Positions 19,547 through 27,088 of a stretch of 64,000 nucleotides of DNA are shown here, one piece after another. Source of the stretch: Armatimonadota bacterium (GTDB lineage: Bacteria; Armatimonadota; SYMT01). Numbering within the stretch: the stretch's first letter is position 1; every line of letters begins with the position of its first letter. Location: NCBI GenBank assembly GCA_046292385.1, contig JBKBRF010000001.1, positions 255,305 to 319,304 of the forward strand. The letters run 5' to 3'. A program made the position numbers and the translations under genes. A model generated the notes under the pieces. That model did not search any database and was not told where the DNA came from. It saw only the letters and a list, made by a program, of their open reading frames with translations.

Positions 19547-20797
19547 ATGCCGTTCTGCAGCGTGGAAGAAGCGATCCGGGAGATCCGCGCGGGCAAGATG
19601 CTCGTGGTGGTCGACAGCGAGGACCGGGAGAACGAAGGCGACCTGGTGATGGCCGCCGAGTGCATCACTCCGGAAGCGATCAACTTCATGGAGACGCACG
19701 CCCGCGGCTGGGTCTGCGTGCCGCTGGAGGGACAGCGGCTCGACCAGCTCGATCTGCCGCTGATGGTCGCCCGCGGCACCGCCCGCCTCGGGACCGCGTT
19801 CACGGTGACGGTCGACGCCCGTTACGGCACCACCACCGGCATCTCCGCCAAGGAGCAGGCCCACACGATCCAGGTGCTGCTCGATCCGGACACCCGGCCT
19901 TCCGACCTGCTGCGCCCCGGCCACGTGCGCCCGCTTCGGGCCGCACCGGGCGGCGTGCTGCTGCGCGCTGGGCACACCGAGGCGGCGGTCGACCTCGCCC
20001 GGATGGCCGGCTTCCAGCCCGCGGGCGTTATCTGCGAGATCAAGCGGACCGACGGCGAGATGGCGCGCGTGCCCGAGCTGACGGAGTTCGCCGCCGAGCA
20101 CGACCTGAAGATCCTGACGATCGCCGATCTGATCGCCTACCGCCGCCAGACCGAGAAGCTGGTCAGCCGGGAGGCGAGCTGCCGGCTTCCGACGAAGTTC
20201 GGGGAGTTCGTGGCGCACGCCTACGAGACGACAGTCGACAGCAAGCCGTACCTCGCGCTGGTGCTCGGCGAGATCGATCCGGAGGAGCCGGTGCTGGTGC
20301 GCGCCCACAGCGGCTGCGTCACCGGCGATATCCTTCACTCGCTGAAGTGCGACTGCGGCAAGCAGCTCCACCGTGCGCTGGAGCGGATCCAGCGGGAAGG
20401 ACGCGGCGTGCTGCTCTACCTGCAGGGGCACGAGGGGCGCGGGATCGGCCTGACCAACAAGATCCGGGCCTACGCGCTGCAGGACGCCGGGATGGACACC
20501 GTAGAGGCGAACCAGCACCTGGGGTTCCCCGCGGACATGCGGGACTACGGGATCGGCGCGCAGATCCTCTACGATCTCGGCGTGCGCAAGATGCGGCTGA
20601 TGACGAACAACCCGCGCAAACGCTCCGCTCTGCACGGCTACGGCCTCTCCGTAGTGGAGATCGTGCCGCTGAGCGGCGGGGTGACGGAGGAGAACCAGCG
20701 CTACCTCCAGACCAAGCGGGACAAGCTGGGACACATGCTGCCGACCGACCTGCGCGTCGAGGCCGAAGATGAAGCGGCGGGCCGGCTCGACGCGTAG
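19547..20797 (+). CDS. ribBA: Bifunctional DHBP synthase / GTP cyclohydrolase II
   Basis: [43 protein letters not shown] and TNNP motifs. Confidence 0.96.
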   Translation: MPFCSVEEAIREIRAGKMLVVVDSEDRENEGDLVMAAECITPEAINFMETHARGWVCVPLEGQRLDQLDLPLMVARGTARLGTAFTVTVDARYGTTTGISAKEQAHTIQVLLDPDTRPSDLLRPGHVRPLRAAPGGVLLRAGHTEAAVDLARMAGFQPAGVICEIKRTDGEMARVPELTEFAAEHDLKILTIADLIAYRRQTEKLVSREASCRLPTKFGEFVAHAYETTVDSKPYLALVLGEIDPEEPVLVRAHSGCVTGDILHSLKCDCGKQLHRALERIQREGRGVLLYLQGHEGRGIGLTNKIRAYALQDAGMDTVEANQHLGFPADMRDYGIGAQILYDLGVRKMRLMTNNPRKRSALHGYGLSVVEIVPLSGGVTEENQRYLQTKRDKLGHMLPTDLRVEAEDEAAGRLDA

Positions 20798-20823
20798 CTT
20801 CAAAGGAATCTGGGAACAAGGCG

Positions 20824-21300
20824 ATGGCGAATGAAATCCAGGGTCGGCTCACCGCCGCCGGGGTCCGGGTCGGAATCGTGGTGGCTCGCTTCAACGAGCT
20901 GATCACCAGCCAGCTGCTGAAGGGCGCGGAGGACGCGCTGCTCCGGCACGGCGGCGATCCGGACGCCGTGGACGTGGCGTGGGTGCCCGGCTCCTTTGAG
21001 ATTCCGGTGGTAGCGCAGCAGATGGCCCGGTCCGGGAAGTACGACGCCATCGTATGCCTGGGCGCGCTGATCCGGGGGGCGACGAGTCACTATGACCACC
21101 TCGCCGCCTCCGTGACCGGCGCGCTCCTCGGCATCTCGGTGGAGAGCGGCCTTCCGGTGGTGAACGGGGTCCTGACGACGGAGACGATCGAGCAGGCGCT
21201 GGAGCGGGCGGGAACGAAAGCGGGGAACAAAGGCTACGATGCCGCGGTGACCGCTCTCGAGATGGCCTCCGTGCTCCGGCAGCTCGGCTCCGCCCGTTAG
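20824..21300 (+). CDS. ribH: 6,7-dimethyl-8-ribityllumazine synthase
   Basis: [29 protein letters not shown] and NKGYDAA motifs. Confidence 0.96.
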   Translation: MANEIQGRLTAAGVRVGIVVARFNELITSQLLKGAEDALLRHGGDPDAVDVAWVPGSFEIPVVAQQMARSGKYDAIVCLGALIRGATSHYDHLAASVTGALLGISVESGLPVVNGVLTTETIEQALERAGTKAGNKGYDAAVTALEMASVLRQLGSAR

Positions 21301-21343
21301 CCCATGCGGCGCTTCCCCGGGAAGAGTAGGGAAGCGGAACAGC

Positions 21344-22438
21344 ATGGGACAGGCGGTGCGCAGTAATCTGATGGCCTTCGTGATCGGCTTCGTCACCTGC
21401 GCGGCGGCAGCGCGGCTGATGCTGCCGACCCCGGTGGCGGCGGTCTCGCCCGGCAGCTTTAGCACGGCGAACCCGGCCGACGTGGTGGCGGCAGTCGCCG
21501 CCTCCGTCGTGAACCTGGAGGTCTACGACCAGACCGGCGAGGGCGGCGAAAAGGAAGGCGTCTGGCCGCGCCTCCTCGGCATTCCGGCCGGCGTGCCGGG
21601 CGACCCGAGCGCCGTCGCCTCCGGCGTGATCATCGACTCCAAAGGCTTCATCCTCACCAACGATCACGTCGTGGAAGAGGCCGCCCGCATCCGGGCGCGG
21701 CTCTCCGACGGCCGCTCCTTCGACGCCAAGGTCGTCGGCCGAGATCCGCACACCGACCTGGCCGTGGTGAAGATCGACGCGGGCAACCTCCAGCCGGCGC
21801 GCCTGGGCGACTCCCGGCACGTGCGGCCCGGCGACTCGGTGGTCGCCATCGGCAACCCGCTCGGCTTCGAGAGCAGCGTGAGCGTGGGCGTGGTCAGCGC
21901 CAACCGCGAGGGGCCCTTCCGGATCGACGGCCGTACCCTGGGCGACATGATCCAGACCGACGCGGCGATCAACCAGGGCAACTCCGGCGGCGGTCTGTTC
22001 ACGGCGGACGGCAAGCTGATCGGGATCAACACCGCGATCATGGTCGCCAAGGGCGGCAGCGGCAGCATCGGCATCGGCTTCGCCACGCCGACTCACCGCG
22101 CTCGCCCGGTGCTCGAGTCGCTGATCGCCGAGGGCAAGGTCAGCCGCCCCTGGCTCGGCATCCGCTACCGCAACCCGAGCTCCGGTTACCTGGTCCGCCG
22201 CGCGCGGCAGGGGGTCGGTCTGATGGTCGAGGAAGTGCTCCCCCGCAGCCCCGCCTCTCTCGCCGGCCTGATGCCGGCCGACATCCTCCGCCAGATCGGC
22301 GAGTGCCCCATCCGCAGTGCCGACGACATGTACACCTTCATGGCGCGCTACCAGCCGGGGCAGGAGGTGGAAGCCCGGGTGCTGCGCGGCGGCGTGGAAA
22401 AGAAGCTGCGGCTGAAGCTGGCGGCCCGGCCGGAGTAG
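21344..22438 (+). CDS. HtrA/DegP-like trypsin-family serine protease with one PDZ domain
   Basis: Catalytic triad motifs TNDHVV, TDLAVV and IQTDAAINQGNSGG; C-terminal PDZ (PWLGI...SPASLAGL); N-terminal signal/anchor. Confidence 0.92.
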   Translation: MGQAVRSNLMAFVIGFVTCAAAARLMLPTPVAAVSPGSFSTANPADVVAAVAASVVNLEVYDQTGEGGEKEGVWPRLLGIPAGVPGDPSAVASGVIIDSKGFILTNDHVVEEAARIRARLSDGRSFDAKVVGRDPHTDLAVVKIDAGNLQPARLGDSRHVRPGDSVVAIGNPLGFESSVSVGVVSANREGPFRIDGRTLGDMIQTDAAINQGNSGGGLFTADGKLIGINTAIMVAKGGSGSIGIGFATPTHRARPVLESLIAEGKVSRPWLGIRYRNPSSGYLVRRARQGVGLMVEEVLPRSPASLAGLMPADILRQIGECPIRSADDMYTFMARYQPGQEVEARVLRGGVEKKLRLKLAARPE

Positions 22439-22488
22439 CCGCACTCCGTGGGGGTGGCTCGCCAGCACCGGCAGTCGGCGCTCTTCGG

Positions 22489-22597
22489 CGCGGCCTAACC
22501 CCCCAGCCCCCTTCCCTGAAGTGGAAGGGGGAGCAGGCTTGGCTATCACCGATAGCTCCCCTCTACTCTCAGGAGAGGGGCCTGGGGTGAGGCCGCG
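22489..22597. repeat. REP-like inverted-repeat element
   Basis: Two inverted copies, CCTAACCCCCCAGCCCCCTTCCC..GGAAGGGGG and CCCCTCT..GAGAGGGGCCTGGGGTGAGG, flanked by CGCGGCC/GGCCGCG, between convergent genes. Confidence 0.7.
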
Positions 22598-22751
22598 TTT
22601 GCCGCATCACTGCCCGGTTTCATCGCGCAGAGACTGACGGACTGCTGACCGAGGCGGGCACCAAGCCGGGAGCGAGGCCAGCCCGTGGCGCGCCACCTCT
22701 GTGCGGTCCGTCTATTGGTTCCTCTGTGTCCGTTTGTGTCGAGAAAGAGCC

Positions 22752-23666
22752 TCAGGAGCCCGGAAGCGACTCCAGGCGCTCCTCGATCTGGCGGCGGAGC
22801 GACTCCTCCGGCAGCAGGCCGCTTGCGTCGGCGACCGTGGGGTGCGGGAGCGGCTCCGGGGCGACGATCCGCACCTCTTCATTCTCCACGCTCACCGGAT
22901 AGAGGCTGATCCCTTCCTGGGCGGGGCCGCTCACCTGCTGGCCGGTGACGACGTTGAACTGCGAGCCGTGCCAGGGACAGGTCACCACCCCGCAGGCGAG
23001 GGCGCCGTCGGAGAGCGGACCGCCTTTGTGTGGGCAGTGGTCCTGGAAGGCGACGATCCGGTTGTCGACGCGCGCGACCACGATCCGGTGGCCGTTCAGG
23101 TGGACCAGCTTCATCTGGCCCGGCTTCTCGAACTCGCTCATCTCCGCCACGGAGATCCGCTCGCCGGCCGGTCCCTCCAGCTTGCCGCTTTCCCGGTGGC
23201 GGGTGGCGTTCGGGCCGCGGTGGTCTACCCCGATCTGGTTCCGGTAGACGAGTGTGCCGCCGAGCCAGCCCGAGTACATCAGCCCGGCCATGCCGACCAG
23301 CGAGAGCGGAGTGCCGAGCCAGCGGCCCCAGCGGTCCGGGGAGCGCTTCCGGAGCAGCAGGTTGAGCGCATACAGCCCGGTGATGCTGACGTTCATCAGC
23401 CCGTGCGTGGCGCCGCGCTTCTTGGCGGAGCTGTTCGGCGGAATGACGGCGAAGTAGTCGATCGCGCCCGGAACGGCCGCCGCCAGCGCGCCGATGATCC
23501 CCGCGAACATCATGTCGTCCGCGCTCCGGCGGAGCTGGTCGGCCCCATCCCCGTCCTTCGCCGCGGAAGCGAGATCGTAGGCAAAGCTGCCGGTCCAGAG
23601 ACCGATCGGCAGCGCGATGAGCATCGGGTGGATCGGGTGGCTTCCGATCGAGGCTCGGCTCTTCAC
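22752..23666 (-). CDS. DUF2231 membrane domain fused to Rieske [2Fe-2S] ferredoxin
   Basis: GTG start at 23666 behind AAGGAG. DUF2231 motifs HPIHPMLIALPIG, THGLMN and SGWLGGTLVY; Rieske motif CPHKGGPL...CPWHGSQF. Confidence 0.9.
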   Translation of the reverse strand: MKSRASIGSHPIHPMLIALPIGLWTGSFAYDLASAAKDGDGADQLRRSADDMMFAGIIGALAAAVPGAIDYFAVIPPNSSAKKRGATHGLMNVSITGLYALNLLLRKRSPDRWGRWLGTPLSLVGMAGLMYSGWLGGTLVYRNQIGVDHRGPNATRHRESGKLEGPAGERISVAEMSEFEKPGQMKLVHLNGHRIVVARVDNRIVAFQDHCPHKGGPLSDGALACGVVTCPWHGSQFNVVTGQQVSGPAQEGISLYPVSVENEEVRIVAPEPLPHPTVADASGLLPEESLRRQIEERLESLPGS

Positions 23667-23859
23667 GGCGGGCACTCCTTCGCCTGGCCGGCACCCACCC
23701 GGGCGGTGGGCCGCAGTCACAGGCCAGGCTTATTTGCCCTCCCGCAAACAAGCTCCAAACAAGTCTGGAGAAGGAAGACGAAAGAAGAAAGAAGCCTCTC
23801 ACGAAGTCTTGGCCGCGCCGGCGAGAGGTGGTGTCCGTCGTGCCCGGTTCTTTCCTCTC

Positions 23860-24807
23860 TCATCTCTCCTCTAAAGGTCTTGTCATCCGCCAACACCGGT
23901 GGATCTTCTTGTTCCGGTAGTCTTCCGGAATGGTCAGCGCGGTGATCTCGTGCCGGTCGGCGGGGAGCAGCTCCTCCTCTTCCAGGTGGAAGCCGCGGTA
24001 GTTGGTGCTGAAGTAGAGCACGCCGCCCGGGTCGAGCAGCCGCAGGCACCCGTTGATGATCTCCACGTGGCGCTGCTGCACGTCGAAGACCTCCCGCATC
24101 TTCTTGGAGTTGCTGAAGGTCGGCGGGTCGCAGACGATCAGGTCGAAGCGCCGCCGCGCCCGCAGCGCCTCCGGCAGCCACTGCAAGATGTCCGCGCGCT
24201 CCAGGCGGTTGGTCTCCGTGCGGAGGCCGTTGAGCTCGAAGTTGCGGGCCGCCCAGGCGAGGTAGGTGTTCGAGATGTCGACGCTGGTGGTGCCGGCGGC
24301 GCCGCCCGCGGCGGCGTAGACGCTGAAGCTGGCGGTGTAGCAGAAGAGGTTCAGCATCCGCCGGCCTTCCGCTTCGTCCTGGACCATCTTGCGGGTGGTG
24401 CGGTGGTCCAGGAAGAGGCCGGTGTCGTGGTAATCGGAGAGGTTCACCCAGAACTGGTGCCCCTGCTCCCGGACTACGAACTCCTCTCGCTCCTCGGCGA
24501 CCTTCTCATACTGGGAGAGACCGCGCTGGCGGGCGCGCTCCTTCAGGTAGAGGTGGTCGTCGTCGACCCCCAGGCCTTCTTTCACCTCGCGGACCACTTC
24601 GTCGAGCCACGCCTCGCGCTGCTCCGGCGTCTCATCCTTCTTCCGGTGCATCGCCCAGACCAGCGCGCGGCCGTCGTACCAGTCGACCACCAGCGGCTGG
24701 TCCGGAATGTCCTTCTCGTAAAGCCGGAAGCAGGTGACGTCGCTGCGCCGCGCCCACTTCCGCAGGTGCCGGTAGACGCGCTGGAGCCGGTTGGCGAGCA
24801 TACCCAT
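23860..24807 (-). CDS. Class I SAM-dependent rRNA methyltransferase, stand-alone RlmK-like domain
   Basis: ANRL..LRKWARR..FRLYEKDIP, DYHDTGLFLDHR, LNLFCYTASFS and DPPTFSNSKKM resemble the C-terminal half of RlmKL. Start at MGMLANRL. Confidence 0.88.
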   Translation of the reverse strand: MGMLANRLQRVYRHLRKWARRSDVTCFRLYEKDIPDQPLVVDWYDGRALVWAMHRKKDETPEQREAWLDEVVREVKEGLGVDDDHLYLKERARQRGLSQYEKVAEEREEFVVREQGHQFWVNLSDYHDTGLFLDHRTTRKMVQDEAEGRRMLNLFCYTASFSVYAAAGGAAGTTSVDISNTYLAWAARNFELNGLRTETNRLERADILQWLPEALRARRRFDLIVCDPPTFSNSKKMREVFDVQQRHVEIINGCLRLLDPGGVLYFSTNYRGFHLEEEELLPADRHEITALTIPEDYRNKKIHRCWRMTRPLEER

Positions 24808-24909
24808 GGCAGGTCTGATTCTGATCGTGTTTAAGCGGCCGGGCTCCCCAGGTAGGCAATGTCTGGAGCCTAGCTGAATGCGCGGGGGACGGGCCGCGGG
24901 AGAATTCTG

Positions 24910-25818
24910 ATGGTCGCGATCGATCTGGTCCGGGGGCAGACTACCAGCAGCGAGACTCGCTTCGCAAGCCTGGAAGAGGCGGAGCCGCGGAGCGAGTACA
25001 ACTACTCGCATTTCGGCACTCGCCACCTGCTTCGGGACGCGCAGCGCACGTTCGCGGGGCGCGGCATCCCGCCCGGCGCGCTGGCTCCCGACTTCGAGCT
25101 GGAGAAGGTGGGAGGCGGCACGTTCCGCCTGAGTGATCTTCGCGGGATGCCGGTGCTGCTCCATTTCGGCTCCTTTACGTGACCGGCGACGGTTGGCACG
25201 GTCGTGCCGCTGCGCGATTTGCACGCTGTCTGGGGAGACCGGATCCAGTTCGTCGACGTGGTGATCCGCCAGGCGCATCCCGGCCCGGGAGTGCGGCCTT
25301 ACCACACCTTTGAAGAGAAGCGGAGGGACGCGGAGCGCTACGCCCGGGAGGAGCGAATCCCGTGGACCGTGGCTGTCGACGACCTGGACGGCACCGTCCA
25401 CCAGGTCTACGGCGGGATTGCGGATCCGGCCTACCTGATCGGAGCCGACGGGCGCGTCTCGTTCTACAGCATGTGGACCAACGTCCCGGAGCTGGAGAAG
25501 GCGCTCGGCGAGCTGATGACCCAGGACTGGCAGGGGGTGGTCCGCGGCGGCCTGCTGCGCCGGCCGGACATGGTCCCGATCCTGACCGAAGGCTGGCCGG
25601 CGCTGGAGCGCGGGCTGCCGCAGAGCTACCTTGACCTGGAGCTGGCGGCGCCGGGGAGCGCCACGCTCTCCTGGCTCGGGTACCAGCTGCGGCCGGTGGT
25701 CCAGCCTGCCGCGCGCGCGGTCACCTCGCTGCCCGCGCCGGCCCGGGTGGGGCTGGCGATCGGAGCGATCGGCCTGGCGGTGTTTGGCCTCCGGGCCCTG
25801 GCACGGCGGCGCGGGTAG
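24910..25818 (+). CDS. Iodothyronine-deiodinase-like thioredoxin-fold selenoprotein (Sec at in-frame TGA 25180-25182), 302 aa
   Basis: ORFs 24910..25182 and 25204..25818 are in the same frame, separated by a single TGA and seven sense codons. Read-through gives APDFEL...PVLLHFGSFT-U-PA...FVDVVIRQAHP...VDDLDG.VHQVYG..ADPAYLI, matching deiodinase motifs. A SECIS-like hairpin follows the TGA. Confidence 0.85.
25190..25212 (+). promoter_or_regulatory. Putative bacterial SECIS element
   Basis: Hairpin CGGU(U)GGCAC-GGUC-GUGCCGCUG with a bulged U and a G-initial apical loop 17 nt downstream of the UGA. Confidence 0.7.
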
Positions 25819-25826
25819 GAGCCGAG

Positions 25827-26927
25827 ATGGAGCTGCGGCCGGTTTCCGACCAGGTAGTGGTGGTGATGGGTGCCTCCAGCGGGATTGGCCGCGACGTCGC
25901 CCAGCGCTTCGCCGCGCGCGGCGCGCGGGTGGTCCTCTCCGCGCGGGACGCCGACGCGCTGGCAGCGCTGGCGGCGGAGATCCGCGCGGGCGGCGGCGAG
26001 GCAACCTGCTGTCCGGCCGACGTGGCCGTGTTCGAGCAGGTGCGGTCCGTGGCCGACTTCGCCGTCGCCAGGTATGGGCGTCTCGATACCTGGGTGCACC
26101 TTGCCGGAGTGGGGCTCTGGTCCCGCGTGGACGACATGCGGCCGGAGGAGTGGGACCGGGTGATCGCGGTCAACCTGAGCGGCCAGGCCTACGGCGCGAT
26201 GGCGGCGCTGCCGCACCTGCGGGCGCAGGGGCGGGGGAAGCTGATCCACGTCTCCTCCCTGGAGGCAGCGACCGCGCTGCCGTTGCAGAGCGCATACGCG
26301 GCGTCGAAGCACGGGGTGCGGGGGTTCGTGCGCGCCCTGCGGATGGAGCTGCAGAGCGAGGGGAGCGGGATCGACGTGACGGAGGTGCTGCCGTCCGGGA
26401 TTAACACGCCGCTCTTCGATACCGCCCGCACCCACATCGGCGTGAAGCCGCGGCCGCTCCCGCCGATGTACGAGCCGGAGGTGGTGAGCGACGCGATCCT
26501 CTACGCTGCCGAGCACCGGACCGAAGAGGTGGTGGCGGGCGGCGGGGGCAAGCTCGCGGAGCTGGCGCAGCGGTACGTGCCGCGCCTCTGGATGCGCGCC
26601 CTCGTCGCGCTGGCGCCGCGACTGCAGCGGACGGCGGAAGCGAAGGGGGAGGGCGCACCGGACAACCTGTTCCACCCGGCCGAGGGGCCCAGGCCGGCAC
26701 ACGGCACGTTCGGCGGTGAGTCGCGGCGCGTGAGCCTCTATACCTGGTCGCGCACTCACCCGCTCGCCGCCGGTGCCGTCCTGGCGCTCGGAATTGCCGC
26801 GTTTGCGGCCCTGGCCTCCCGGGGCCGCGGCACGACACCCGACCACGGCGCTTTTGGGCCCTGCTCCGTCCCGGCGGACGATCCGGCGGTAGAGGCCGAG
26901 CAGTCGTGCAGCCTCCGGGCGTCCTGA
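25827..26927 (+). CDS. SDR family oxidoreductase
   Basis: MGASSGIG, YAASKH (YxxxK) and LPSGINTPLF motifs; starts 8 nt after the deiodinase-like gene (GGAG RBS); hydrophobic segment near the C-terminus. Confidence 0.93.
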   Translation: MELRPVSDQVVVVMGASSGIGRDVAQRFAARGARVVLSARDADALAALAAEIRAGGGEATCCPADVAVFEQVRSVADFAVARYGRLDTWVHLAGVGLWSRVDDMRPEEWDRVIAVNLSGQAYGAMAALPHLRAQGRGKLIHVSSLEAATALPLQSAYAASKHGVRGFVRALRMELQSEGSGIDVTEVLPSGINTPLFDTARTHIGVKPRPLPPMYEPEVVSDAILYAAEHRTEEVVAGGGGKLAELAQRYVPRLWMRALVALAPRLQRTAEAKGEGAPDNLFHPAEGPRPAHGTFGGESRRVSLYTWSRTHPLAAGAVLALGIAAFAALASRGRGTTPDHGAFGPCSVPADDPAVEAEQSCSLRAS

Positions 26928-27088
26928 GCGGGAGCCGGCGCAGGTGATGGCGATTTAACACTGGACGGGTTGCAGGTCGCTCGCTAGGGGACCAATAATC
27001 CGGTGGGAGGGCATGCGTCGCAGCCGCGCGCCTCCGGATATTCACCGCTCCGCTCACCCTCGCCCGCTGCACCCCAGGTACCCGTTCC

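Noticed and set aside
25204..25818. Separate 204-aa CDS, or a nonsense pseudogene of the deiodinase-like gene
   Set aside because: The GTG lies inside the SECIS-like hairpin with no RBS and would split the thioredoxin fold just after its active site. The stop is UGA exactly at the Sec/Cys column and the rest of the frame is intact. The pseudogene reading stays possible only if the genome lacks selABCD.
24808..26004. N-terminal extension of the methyltransferase (714-aa ORF) suggesting a full RlmKL fusion
   Set aside because: The extension is antisense to the deiodinase-like and SDR genes and has no THUMP/RlmL motifs.
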